A DNA stretch of 64,000 nt from Armatimonadota bacterium (GTDB lineage: Bacteria; Armatimonadota; UBA5829; DTLH01), in assembly GCA_016190935.1 (NCBI GenBank), contig JACPPP010000046.1:20317-84316 (forward strand). Reading direction: 5' to 3'. Positions within the stretch are counted from its first letter, which is position 1, and each line of letters begins with the position of its first letter. Under the pieces are notes generated by a model. The model ran no database searches. It was given only the letters and a program-made list of their open reading frames with translations, and was not told the DNA's origin. The position numbers and the translations under genes are program-made. This document shows, in pieces, positions 16,485 to 26,426 of the stretch.

Positions 16485-18459
16485 TCTTCTCGTCAGTAAT
16501 CAAGCACTCTGGTATATGGTCAGAGTGCCGTCTGCGAAGGTACTGCAGTGCCGTCTCGCAGTCCGGTTGGTACTGGAGATGGTCCTCGTAGAACTTGAGT
16601 CGTGCTTTGCAGTCCTCAATGACCTGGCCCCATGTCTTCACCCAGATTCTGGTCTTGCCATCGTCGCTCTCGTATAGCAGTCCCAGCGGCTTGTCCTTCT
16701 GCCGCGCCATCCGTTGCACCGGATCTGCGATCTCGTTCGAAAGCAACCAGAACACCCAGCGCGTGCCAGTATCTTTGAAGCGCTCGTCGGCTTCCACGGC
16801 AAATGCGTAGTCCTGAATCTGGGTCATGGCCTTCTGATCGATCTTCTTCCTCGGTGCCTTGAGCTCTATGACCAGGTGCTCCCGCTCCTCCACCCGAGGC
16901 TGAGGCACACGCCGCGAGAGCATTAGGTCCACTATCCCCTTGCTGCCGTCGGCACGCAGCACCGGTGCCGCGACCTCATCCTTACGCCCCAGCAGTTTCA
17001 GGTGCTTCCTCAGCACTTCATCGAGAGACTGGTCGTCAACGCTGAGGTGGAACTCCTCGCCGAAGATCCAAGTGTGGTCCGCAAGCACTCGGTGCAGCTG
17101 GCTTCGCTCCCGTAGAGCCTCTTTCGACGCGGGATCGAAGACGAGGATCTCAAGCCCCCGCAGGAAGTTCAGCCTGTCGGCGACCGTCTTTGCAGCGTTG
17201 ATAACGGCGGCAAGGCTGGTCTTCCTAAGCAGTTCGGCCAACTCGGCCACCTTCGCCTGGGGGAGGTCCAAGAGTTCTTGGACGACTTTCAACGTCTCCT
17301 CGGGCCTCTCTTCGAGGGTCTCCCGCAGCAACCGCAATTGGAACTTCCTGGTCTTCTGTTCGGAGCTGTCGAATTCCGGGAGGTAGTTGCTTATACTCGC
17401 AGCGCAGATATCAAAGACATCGCGTCTCGCCTGATCCAGTGGGCCGGTCGGTTCGTCTGGATAAGGATAGATGCCCTCCTGCTTCCACTGCTCGATGATA
17501 TCTGCTGACTTCTCGGCCTCTTTCGACCGCAGATAGCTTCGAAGGGTCTTCCTCGCGGATTCGACGAGAACCCGGATACGCGGGTCGAGCTCCAGAAGCT
17601 GCAGCGCATTCTCATCTACGCTGTCCTGTATAAGCTGGCTCTTCAGGTAGGCTGTGAAGTTGGCAGTCGAGGAGACGCCAGCGGGTATCTCATCCCTGGC
17701 GACGCCATTGGTATCGCAAAGCAGAATTCTCTTCTCCGTCTTGAACGCCCACTCGATAACGGTTAGCATCGGATTCTCCCCTACCAGTTCCGCCAGCTCC
17801 GGGATGGCAACCTCCAAGTTGCACTCGCTGACAATGGCGTGGAAATAGTCAACGGGACGGCCATCGTAGACTATGGAGACTCCAGGGTAGTTGCGCAGGT
17901 AGAGCGCGAAGGTCTCCGTTATCTCGGCGATCGCGTCCGGCTGTGTAAGCGACTCGAACTCCCTTCGCAGATTGGTAATCCGCACGGCAGTGCCCGTCTT
18001 ACGGTGGCCGTCGCGCTGAGGGTCCTCAAGCCTGAACTCCGCCAGCCTATCGAAGTTGCCATGGATGCGATAACTAGATAGCGCACCGTTGTCTGAGTAG
18101 TTCGTTTCCCATATCACGCTATGTCCCAGCGTGAACGCCCGGAACCTGCCTTTGCCCGCTTTGCCGTGCAGTATCCGCTTGTGCCGTCTCGACTTCCGGC
18201 CCGGCCGCTTCCATGAGCCGCCCAGATTGCCGAAGGCATCGTCCGCCTCAGCATAGGATATGCCGTGTCCGTCATCTGTGACAACTATCTCGTCAATAGC
18301 GCCCAAGGGAGAGCGGGCAAATTCCACAGTCACTAGCTCAGCATCGGCATCAAGCCCATTCCAGATCAGCTCAGCGATAGCGTGGATGGGTTTGGCACCC
18401 CCGACCACTCTCTGAAGGTAATCATCCTTGACCTGCACCTGTAACGTCTTCATCCACAA
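16426..18459 (-). CDS. MORC/paraMORC-like GHKL (Bergerat-fold) ATPase fused to a C-terminal PD-(D/E)xK restriction-endonuclease-like domain
   Basis: N-terminus IHAIAELIWNGLDADA...IVVTDDGHGISYAE matches HATPase_c (N-box and G1 DxGxG). C-terminus GIVDLMLSRR...EHLVIELKAPRKKID fits a D...ExK nuclease motif. Confidence 0.6.
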   Translation of the reverse strand: MWMKTLQVQVKDDYLQRVVGGAKPIHAIAELIWNGLDADAELVTVEFARSPLGAIDEIVVTDDGHGISYAEADDAFGNLGGSWKRPGRKSRRHKRILHGKAGKGRFRAFTLGHSVIWETNYSDNGALSSYRIHGNFDRLAEFRLEDPQRDGHRKTGTAVRITNLRREFESLTQPDAIAEITETFALYLRNYPGVSIVYDGRPVDYFHAIVSECNLEVAIPELAELVGENPMLTVIEWAFKTEKRILLCDTNGVARDEIPAGVSSTANFTAYLKSQLIQDSVDENALQLLELDPRIRVLVESARKTLRSYLRSKEAEKSADIIEQWKQEGIYPYPDEPTGPLDQARRDVFDICAASISNYLPEFDSSEQKTRKFQLRLLRETLEERPEETLKVVQELLDLPQAKVAELAELLRKTSLAAVINAAKTVADRLNFLRGLEILVFDPASKEALRERSQLHRVLADHTWIFGEEFHLSVDDQSLDEVLRKHLKLLGRKDEVAAPVLRADGSKGIVDLMLSRRVPQPRVEEREHLVIELKAPRKKIDQKAMTQIQDYAFAVEADERFKDTGTRWVFWLLSNEIADPVQRMARQKDKPLGLLYESDDGKTRIWVKTWGQVIEDCKARLKFYEDHLQYQPDCETALQYLRRRHSDHIPECLITDEKNGSGGSYVRSDAASAPPMG

Positions 18460-18709
18460 TCACCTCCACCCGCCACCGGACGTGCTCTTGCGCTAGTGCT
18501 GCCCTAAGCCTACAGCTCCCCCCGAAACGTCTTTTCTAGCAGTGCCGGCAAAGACGCGGTGCATAGCGCCGAGGCCTGTTCTCGAATCTTCGCTATCTTC
18601 CTCCTGCGCAAAGGGCAGTGTTGCTGGCTCGCAATACTTCATATTTGTGTTGCCAGCGGTAGCCAAAACCGCACACCGTGCTCCCGTTTCCGCTAACAGG
18701 GATGGGATG

Positions 18710-19909
18710 TCAGGCGCTGCCCCCACCATGCAGGCTTTGACGTGGGCGAACCTGGACCGGCACTACGCTTTCACGCTCGTCGTCGATCACTAGGGTCTGG
18801 CCGGGACCACTCAACTGCTTTATCCGGGAAGGGAGTCCGTCCGATATGTAGTCTTGGCTCAACGCGTCTATGGCCCTGTAATCATCCCGGGACGTTATCC
18901 TGTGAACAATGCGAATACCACACTGCGTCAGGATCTCAGCATCTATTGCTGCTGGTTGCTGGCTCGCCACCAACAGAGAAAGCCCGGGTTGCCGCCCTTC
19001 TTTGGCCCATCGAATGAGTATCTCCTTCGACAACGTGCTTCGACCGCTTGGACAGAAGTTGTGAGCCTCGTCTATGGCCAGCCACACCTTTCTCATGTCC
19101 GACGCCAGTCCCAGGGCCTCACGACGGCGGGCAATCGTGCGCATGCGGAATATGAAAGTAGCCAATACTGCCAGTACAAGATTGCGGAGGCCGTAGCGGC
19201 CCTGGGCGATGACGCTCAGGTCAAGAATGTTTATCGCCTCCGGCTGGAGTATCTCCCAGATCTCACGATAGCGGTGTTCCTCGAAGATTTGCCAGTCGTG
19301 TGCCATATCTAACTTCCTTTGTATGGCTTCCTTCGTCTGGTCGAGGCCGTGCATCTTTATGACCTCCGCCGCTATATCGTCTATCAAGAACTCTCTACCG
19401 TGTCTCTGACCACATTGGCGGACAGCCTTAAATAGCATGATGCCCATAAGCCCGTTGATGTCCAAATCAAAGAGATCGCACCACATTTCGGGTGTCAGGT
19501 CAGACGGGTTGAGCCTCAGCCCCTGAATGTTGATGCCGCGCTTGCGCATCTCATCAACAATATCTGCGCCGCCGTAGCGTTCCACTGGATCGCCAGGAAC
19601 CAAAACGTTCACGTTAAAGCCCCGGGCATCTCGGCTGTATTCCCACAGCTTGTCCGTCTCCGTGAATGAAGGATTCTGTTCAGCCATGCTCCAGAATATG
19701 CCCTGCGGGTCCACGACCAACACGATATCATTGTTGAGCCGAGACAACTCTTCAATGAGGACGCCGAGAGTGTAAGACTTGCCTGTTCCGGTCTTGCCGC
19801 AAACAAGTATCCTCTGGGACGTGCAGCATGGGATACTAACCAGGCTGCCGTCGTCCATCTCTTTGCCAAGGACCAGATTATTGTCTAACATTTCTAGCCT
19901 CCACGCCAA
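18710..19909 (-). CDS. HerA/FtsK-superfamily (DUF87-like) P-loop ATPase
   Basis: Walker A RILVCGKTGTGKSYTLGVLIEEL, Walker B VWLAIDEAHNF, about 400 aa. Confidence 0.6.
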   Translation of the reverse strand: MAWRLEMLDNNLVLGKEMDDGSLVSIPCCTSQRILVCGKTGTGKSYTLGVLIEELSRLNNDIVLVVDPQGIFWSMAEQNPSFTETDKLWEYSRDARGFNVNVLVPGDPVERYGGADIVDEMRKRGINIQGLRLNPSDLTPEMWCDLFDLDINGLMGIMLFKAVRQCGQRHGREFLIDDIAAEVIKMHGLDQTKEAIQRKLDMAHDWQIFEEHRYREIWEILQPEAINILDLSVIAQGRYGLRNLVLAVLATFIFRMRTIARRREALGLASDMRKVWLAIDEAHNFCPSGRSTLSKEILIRWAKEGRQPGLSLLVASQQPAAIDAEILTQCGIRIVHRITSRDDYRAIDALSQDYISDGLPSRIKQLSGPGQTLVIDDERESVVPVQVRPRQSLHGGGSA

Positions 19910-19918
19910 CGAGCACTG

Positions 19919-21046
19919 TTACGCCGTTCTGATAATCAACGGGACTACCGACTCCCACGCCGAGATTCCTCCGTGCACGCCCCACTCGTTGCTTTTCAGT
20001 TCCCTCGTGGTAAACGGTAGCTTCAGCAAAGAATAGGCATTGCCCATGCAAGTTCTAACGCAAGCATAGTGACGGAGACGGCTGCCGCGAATGTAGCGGA
20101 CGTGACGAGAATCGTCAGGATGCAGATCAGCGACCGCAGTCCACTTTCCGTCTAGCTGCTCGCGCCAAAGAATCCCATGATCTGCAGTCAGACAAGCCAA
20201 CACACTGCGATTCCCTCTACAGAGAAACTCAACCAAGGAGTCATACCGAGCCAACAACTCGGACAGATAATGCTTAACAGGAGGTTGGTCCTGGTGGCGA
20301 TGGCAAAGGCCATCTAAGCCTGGTGCTACGATCTGGATGTATCCCCGACTCATCTCTTCCGCCTGAATCATCCGAACACACTCATCGAACCTTCGAATCT
20401 TACACACTTGGCTGGAGCCGAAGACGCCATAGAGGTCGCTGGCCAAGGTGTTGCTGTCAGTGTCGAAATACGTGAATCCAAGTTGATGGCGGTACCCTAT
20501 CGAGAACAGCCTCTCGGATATCGAGGGCTTGCCTATCACTTCCCGGTAGCCGACCTCAGTAGTAGTTGCCCCATCTACGAAACAGGGATGATTTTCCGGA
20601 TCATCCGGCAGGTCGTAATAAGATAGTCCATCCACAACCATCAGGGCTACAACGTCCGGTTCCAGCAGTTTGGCCTTCTCTGCCAGTATGCGCCCTACGT
20701 CCCGTTGGGTGGTCATCACGTCCTTTACCGAGTCGAAGCGATCATAGAGCCTTTCAGATAGCAGGAACGGATCTGGACGCCGGCTGATGTTGTACGCCGG
20801 AAAAGGCCAGTTGGCGGGATCGTCCAACAGGTACTCACGGCGCTCGTCGCATAGCGCCGGATGGTCAAGAAGGTTGAGAAAGGCCGACGCCTCTCGGATA
20901 GGTCGAGCATCATCCAGAAAGAGCAGGTTCAGCGGATTGCCTCGGAACGCCGGCGGATAGGAGTTCAGAGTGGCCGATAGTCCCGACACGAGGGCGTCAG
21001 TGTCGCCACCCGGCTCTCTCGACTCGTGACTCAGACGGCGGCTCAT
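19919..21046 (-). CDS. PglZ-domain (alkaline-phosphatase superfamily) protein, short form
   Basis: C-terminal GVHGGISAWESVVPLII matches the conserved terminal HGGxSxxExxVP motif of PglZ/BrxZ domains. Sits in a cluster with BrxC-like ATPases. Confidence 0.55.
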   Translation of the reverse strand: MSRRLSHESREPGGDTDALVSGLSATLNSYPPAFRGNPLNLLFLDDARPIREASAFLNLLDHPALCDERREYLLDDPANWPFPAYNISRRPDPFLLSERLYDRFDSVKDVMTTQRDVGRILAEKAKLLEPDVVALMVVDGLSYYDLPDDPENHPCFVDGATTTEVGYREVIGKPSISERLFSIGYRHQLGFTYFDTDSNTLASDLYGVFGSSQVCKIRRFDECVRMIQAEEMSRGYIQIVAPGLDGLCHRHQDQPPVKHYLSELLARYDSLVEFLCRGNRSVLACLTADHGILWREQLDGKWTAVADLHPDDSRHVRYIRGSRLRHYACVRTCMGNAYSLLKLPFTTRELKSNEWGVHGGISAWESVVPLIIRTA

Positions 21047-24000
21047 TTCTTCGGACGCTCCACAGTTATCTGGATTTTGCTCTTGCGGAATAGCTCGACG
21101 AGACCGTCCAAGGAAATGTTAAGCACATCCCCGGAGCTGCGGCCGCCTTGCATCATCCTGAGAATGATCTGCTTGAGGTTCACGCCCGGACCGTCCGAGA
21201 TCATGTCCAACATTACCTTCGCGTCCGAAGTTAACTGGTCGTCTTGATCGTCCAGCGGCTTCCTTATCGCAAGCCTTATGGAACGGACCGCGTCTCGGGT
21301 GCCCTTAAGTGCTTCCTTGATTGCGGCCTTGTCTTCGTTGCCATCAGACACAAGCTCCTTGAACCACCCGGGCTTCGCTCTGTCCAGTATTGAGTCAAGA
21401 GACTGAGAATAGGCGCCCAACTGAGCAAGCATTGGATCAGCTTCGTCGGCGGGTATCTGTCCCAAGATGTCACGAGTGTACAGCAACTCTTGATGCTGGG
21501 AGTCAGCCTCTTGCCTTTCTACGCCTATGGCCTCCTGAACATGCTTCGTAGCTTCACTGTAGAGCCGCGCGTAACATCCCTGGATATCATCTGAGTTGAA
21601 CACTTCTCTGCAACGGTAGTCGCTACCGAGATCCAGTTCTTGGAGAAGCTCATTTGCGACCTTCTTCTGCTCCTCGAAGGCAGACCGGAGCTCTTGGATG
21701 TACTTTCTGCGTTCCTCGTCCAGCGTGTCCAGTTGCTGGAAGTACTGCTTATAACTCCCCAGCCCGGTGACGTTTCGGGTCTGAAGATGGCCGGAGATGT
21801 CCGCCCATATTGTATCCAGCTTCCCGATCAGCTCGCTGGCTTTCCCGACATGGGCAGTCTCTTTCTTTAGCTCGATGACTTCCCGGTAGACTTCATCGGA
21901 CCGGGCCAACAAACGTAGCCATTGGTCATAGTCCCGTAAGTAATTCATTACGGCAGACGCTTTACTCTGAGCATCCTTCATCTGCTGTCGCATTTCACCA
22001 ACATCCACCCAGCCGTGAAGCAACAGCGCAACCTTCTCGAGCGGCCTCCCGAGTTTCGTAACGCTGTGCTCTATCAGTGCCTTGCTAGCTGCTGCCTGGA
22101 TTCTCTGAAGCTCTTCGGCAGCGTCCTTGACCGCTGCTTTGAGGCTGACGAGGATATAAGTGTTCAAGTCTGAAGCCCACTTCGATGAGCCCTTGGGCGG
22201 GTTCTGTATTCTGGCGACTTCGGGCGAAGTCCTGAGCGTCTGCGACGCGTTGTTTGCGCTGGTCTGTACGCCCTCGATGTCGCCCTTCAGGCGCTCAAAG
22301 TAGTTCGGAAGCCGGCTGTGCATAAGCTCGAACTCCCTGTTCATTCGGGTCTGAAGGCTGTCATACTGGGCTTCATCCTTCAGTCCGTCGATGGCCTTTT
22401 TGGTGGCAGCTGAATCGAACGACGATGGGAACTCCGGCAGCTTCTTGAACTCGTCTATCTCCGCTTGAAGATCAGTCAGCTTCTCACTTAGCTGAGTCTT
22501 CATCTGATCGAGGTCCAATGGCCGGCAGAACAGGACTGGTTTGCCGCCGGACTCAGCCGTCTCAAAGCTGCCCCGGCTCTTTCCGATCTCCACAATCTGC
22601 AGTAGTTCGTCTAAGCTGTAACCGGAGCAGAGCATGACGGACTTAACATCCTCGAAGGGCACACACCAGCACTCCACGCCGCCGAACTTCTTCTTAGGAA
22701 GCGGGTTGTCCGTGGTTATCTTCTCGATGATTGCCTCTTCCAGAGGATGTAGCTTGAAATCCACCTGAAGGTCGTTCCTGTCAGCGGGTTTGATGGTTAT
22801 TAAGTTCTCAAAGCCCGCGAATGCTCCGCCTGTGAGATTCATCCGGCTGGTGTTGAACACTCTGGCTACGGCGTCCCCCGATTCGATCCACGGCTCTCGG
22901 CCGCGCTTGCAGCTAAGGGGAATGTCGGCGTTCTTAAGCGCGACGACGTACTGATTGACCTTCTGTTCCCACTGGGGCTGCCGAATCAACGTCGAGTAAC
23001 CGTGGTACCGGCTGAGAAGTATGAACCGACAGACGCTGCCTATGAGAGCCAGCGCGTCTCCCGGTATGTGTTGCCCCACTTGCTCTGACGCTTGCTGACG
23101 GACCTGTGGGTCGCCCAATAGCTTTGTCAGGAGTTCGCGAAGAAGCTGCTCCTGAAGTGCGCTCCACTGGGCCTCATAGTCTCTGGAGAGGGTACGCTTG
23201 TGCTTCTCGCTGATCAGATAGAGGGCTCCCAACGGGTTGAGCAGCACTTTTCCGACAACTTCCTCCAACCCCGGATGGTCGATCGCATTGTCCGCAAAGT
23301 CCAGTATCAAACGGATGACTCCTGGCCTACCTTCCTCAGGATCCCCTGGACTGACCTCGATCCGTTGCTCCGGCATCGGATCATCTTTGCTCCACCGAAT
23401 TCGGAAGTGCACGACAATGTCTATCGGCGAATCAGGTGCCCAGACCTCCGTGAAGACTCTGCCAGGGTCTGCATCGTATGGTCCGACCGCGACAGCAACA
23501 GTGCGCTTGGGAAAGTCACGGGTGGTCTGCATAAAAGCGCCCACAAGCTCAGCGGCTCTCGTGTCCGATTCGACCTTGTTCCACTTCTCTGGGATTTCCC
23601 AGCCCTGTAACTGCTGACCCTGACGTGGTTCGAAGATTCGAGGGATAACTCGCCTGATGAAAGCGTCCCGCGCTGAGGCAAACGTGGCAGGATTCGGCGC
23701 GAATTCGCTGGCGATGTCAACCAGGGTGTCCCGCAACTCATCTTGATCTGCACCAGCAGCCTGTCTCTGCAATCTAACCAGCCCGAAGAGGTTGCCTCGC
23801 TTGTAGACCAGATTTGGCCGCCTGATTAGGAAGTCCTTGGTCGCTGTATCTATGCCGAGGCGATCAGCCAAGTCCAGTGTAACGCCGTTTGGGAAGGCGG
23901 CGAGAGTGGTGACCAGTGCCTTGTCAATCCCCTCCGCTTCCGGAGAATCCAGGATCTCGCGCACCCGCGTTGGGTAATCGGAGACAAGTATCTCGCCATC

Positions 24001-25077
24001 GAGGCAGTCCCTAACGAAATCTGAGGGCAAATAAGCAGTACCGCGGTCCTTGTAGCAGAAAACCATGCGTCTGAAGGCAGATACAACCGTTCTGGGGCCA
24101 TACGATAGATCGTTTCTCTCCGATGACGCCACCTGGCCGATTGCCTGCAGAGCTTCCTCCGAGATCGCCTGTGTTCCTATCTCTCCTAAGCTGAACTCCT
24201 CGACGTAGCGTTGCCACAATGTTCGGGCGAAGTCAGAACCGTAGATATCCCGCAGTCTGGGGAAGCAGTTTCTGCCCTGAAGTCTGGCAGGCAGCGCCGC
24301 AAAAGCAGCTTGCGCTTGAGCCAGGAAATTCTCGGGCATCGAGACGAAAACACCGTAGTCTCCTTGGCGACTCATAAGGCCGTTAGCTATGTCGAAGAGT
24401 ATCTGAGAGACTTTGGCCGTGCCAAGGGTCTTAGCCGCCACCTCCGGTTCGTCCAGCATTACGAGAAGACCGGAGTATCCAGCGCGGCCCAGCACTTCGG
24501 TGACCTCTGTGCAGTAGTCCAGAAAGCGTTCGGGGCTTGTCTGGATGCCGATGGTGCCGCCTGCGTTCACGGTGTCAGTGTAGGTCTTGAGGACATCGTC
24601 TACATTCCTGCCGCTGTGCCGAGCGGTCTCCTCCGCCAGTTCCTGCAAGGACTTCTCTCGATAAGACTCATACGACTTCTTGGCCGCAAGGGCAAGCTCG
24701 GCGTGTGTCTTGGCAAGTATGTGCTGGACCCACGCAGAAACTCCATCTACAAGGTCAGTCACTCTCTCCCATTCGAAAGGAGGTACGGCGAATACCTTGC
24801 GCTCCTCACACTGATCCCAGATGTGCACTTGGAAGCTTGTCTTTCCGTGCCCGTAGCCTCCTGCCACCCCGCCTATGAAGCCGCCCAGGTTGGATCCGCC
24901 GACCCACTTGAAGACGGCGTCTACGTATCTGGCAGTGTCTCCCAGTGAGATATGCGTGCGGGCGTGTGCCCGGTATATCTGTTCCACCTGCTCCGGATTG
25001 GAGGATAGAAACGACACTGGAAACGTGGCTATGATCGCTTCCTTGTTAAGAATCAGATCCAGATCCTCAAGTGGCAT
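21043..25077 (-). CDS. Giant P-loop ATPase (1344 aa), BrxC/PglY-like, with long C-terminal coiled-coil region
   Basis: N-terminal Walker A GGVAGGYGHGKTSFQVHIW and Walker B LLVMLDEPE. Large helical/coiled-coil C-terminus. Size and context (PglZ downstream) resemble BREX BrxC/PglY. Confidence 0.5.
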   Translation of the reverse strand: MPLEDLDLILNKEAIIATFPVSFLSSNPEQVEQIYRAHARTHISLGDTARYVDAVFKWVGGSNLGGFIGGVAGGYGHGKTSFQVHIWDQCEERKVFAVPPFEWERVTDLVDGVSAWVQHILAKTHAELALAAKKSYESYREKSLQELAEETARHSGRNVDDVLKTYTDTVNAGGTIGIQTSPERFLDYCTEVTEVLGRAGYSGLLVMLDEPEVAAKTLGTAKVSQILFDIANGLMSRQGDYGVFVSMPENFLAQAQAAFAALPARLQGRNCFPRLRDIYGSDFARTLWQRYVEEFSLGEIGTQAISEEALQAIGQVASSERNDLSYGPRTVVSAFRRMVFCYKDRGTAYLPSDFVRDCLDGEILVSDYPTRVREILDSPEAEGIDKALVTTLAAFPNGVTLDLADRLGIDTATKDFLIRRPNLVYKRGNLFGLVRLQRQAAGADQDELRDTLVDIASEFAPNPATFASARDAFIRRVIPRIFEPRQGQQLQGWEIPEKWNKVESDTRAAELVGAFMQTTRDFPKRTVAVAVGPYDADPGRVFTEVWAPDSPIDIVVHFRIRWSKDDPMPEQRIEVSPGDPEEGRPGVIRLILDFADNAIDHPGLEEVVGKVLLNPLGALYLISEKHKRTLSRDYEAQWSALQEQLLRELLTKLLGDPQVRQQASEQVGQHIPGDALALIGSVCRFILLSRYHGYSTLIRQPQWEQKVNQYVVALKNADIPLSCKRGREPWIESGDAVARVFNTSRMNLTGGAFAGFENLITIKPADRNDLQVDFKLHPLEEAIIEKITTDNPLPKKKFGGVECWCVPFEDVKSVMLCSGYSLDELLQIVEIGKSRGSFETAESGGKPVLFCRPLDLDQMKTQLSEKLTDLQAEIDEFKKLPEFPSSFDSAATKKAIDGLKDEAQYDSLQTRMNREFELMHSRLPNYFERLKGDIEGVQTSANNASQTLRTSPEVARIQNPPKGSSKWASDLNTYILVSLKAAVKDAAEELQRIQAAASKALIEHSVTKLGRPLEKVALLLHGWVDVGEMRQQMKDAQSKASAVMNYLRDYDQWLRLLARSDEVYREVIELKKETAHVGKASELIGKLDTIWADISGHLQTRNVTGLGSYKQYFQQLDTLDEERRKYIQELRSAFEEQKKVANELLQELDLGSDYRCREVFNSDDIQGCYARLYSEATKHVQEAIGVERQEADSQHQELLYTRDILGQIPADEADPMLAQLGAYSQSLDSILDRAKPGWFKELVSDGNEDKAAIKEALKGTRDAVRSIRLAIRKPLDDQDDQLTSDAKVMLDMISDGPGVNLKQIILRMMQGGRSSGDVLNISLDGLVELFRKSKIQITVERPKK

Positions 25078-25576
25078 TCGCTTTCCCTCTTTCTATAGCT
25101 TCGGTACGAAGTATCAGGCCCAAGTCGGTCCCGTCCGCAGTGGTCTTGAAAGACTGCAGCACTCCGTGCTTCGTGAGATTGTGTTGGAACTGCTTGACAT
25201 CGCGCTCTTCCAGAACGAGATCGGCTCTTGGCATTGGGTCCTGCGGCGGTTGTCGCATCAGCACTACGACCCGCTTCAATCCCAGCAACTGGGCAGCCGG
25301 TCTCATCAACCGAGAGTACTCTTCACCGTCCACCACGACACTCTCTGTGCCAGCAGGCACATCCCTGAGATTGGGAAGGTATGTATAACCCCGTTCCTTT
25401 GCGAGTAGCCTGGCGATGAATGACTTCCCGCTGCCTGAAGGTCCGCAAAGGCAGACGAAAGTCTCGGCTTGCCACCGCTCCACTATGTCGTTGAACGCGC
25501 GTTTCTGAGTAGCCGTCAGCCACTCGTATTCTGCTTTGAGCTTTATCTGATTCAGCCACTCGACATACAGGCTCAT
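25067..25576 (-). CDS. Small P-loop NTPase/kinase-like protein (169 aa), function unknown
   Basis: Walker A FVCLCGPSGSGKSFIARLL. Overlaps the start of the giant ATPase gene by 11 nt. Confidence 0.4.
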   Translation of the reverse strand: MSLYVEWLNQIKLKAEYEWLTATQKRAFNDIVERWQAETFVCLCGPSGSGKSFIARLLAKERGYTYLPNLRDVPAGTESVVVDGEEYSRLMRPAAQLLGLKRVVVLMRQPPQDPMPRADLVLEERDVKQFQHNLTKHGVLQSFKTTADGTDLGLILRTEAIERGKANAT

Positions 25577-25585
25577 TACGAAGCC

Positions 25586-26422
25586 TCACAAATCCTCAAT
25601 GGTAAATCCGCGGGTCAGGTTGACGGAGGGCCCTGCCAACGTGTCCGAGAGCTTTATACTCGGCGTGATGCTAGCTGCCAGGCGCAGTAGATTCGCGCAA
25701 CAGCCGCGGTCAAGGAAGAAGACACCGGCTACCTGATTCAGTAGTGAATCATCCATCACAACTGCATCCCCGTACCTGTACCTCCGGGAACGATAGACAT
25801 CATCCAATGCCAACGCCGCCAGTTCGTATCGATCAACTATCCGCGGTTGAACGTGTCTGCCACGGGGATCGAATGCAGGGGGAGTGAGACAACCGAGCCA
25901 ACTCGAGACGCAGGATGCCGCCTTGTGGTTGAAGCGTCCACCTGCCTTTCCCATGGAGTCGATATGCGGAAAGGCCGAAACCATCTCAGCCTGGATTAGC
26001 GCCGCCAGTTCCACCGCTGGGATCATCTTCCCGTTGGCCCACATAAGTTCGCAGCAACGCCGGTAGCTCCAGAGATACTTGCGATCGGTCGGTGAACCGC
26101 CGTAGCCTGAGAAATGCAGGTAATGCAACAAGTCCCTGGCAAATGCTGCGTCAGAGGCCTGCACGGTTTGGACCCTCAGTCCTCGGGAGGTGAGGCAGTA
26201 TTTCAGACCTCCGTCCCTCATTTGCTCTGCCAGTCCGAGGTCGAACAGCCTGCGGGGGGTATACGTGTGATCTCTCTGCATCGGCTCGCCGTACTGGCTA
26301 TCAAGCGTATCTGCTATCTCGTCGGGTGACAAACAGACGTCTGCTGCCAACACTCGAAGCACGCGGGTAACTTCGTCTGGCGGAGCACTATCTATATAGA
26401 AATGAGTATCCTCTTCCATTCT
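25586..26422 (-). CDS. Hypothetical protein (about 279 aa), no recognisable domain
   Basis: ORF in operon context. Start taken at internal Met (MRMEEDTHFY) because the N-terminal extension overlaps the next gene. Confidence 0.3.
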   Translation of the reverse strand, partial: RMEEDTHFYIDSAPPDEVTRVLRVLAADVCLSPDEIADTLDSQYGEPMQRDHTYTPRRLFDLGLAEQMRDGGLKYCLTSRGLRVQTVQASDAAFARDLLHYLHFSGYGGSPTDRKYLWSYRRCCELMWANGKMIPAVELAALIQAEMVSAFPHIDSMGKAGGRFNHKAASCVSSWLGCLTPPAFDPRGRHVQPRIVDRYELAALALDDVYRSRRYRYGDAVVMDDSLLNQVAGVFFLDRGCCANLLRLAASITPSIKLSDTLAGPSVNLTRGFTIEDL

Positions 26423-26426
26423 CATG

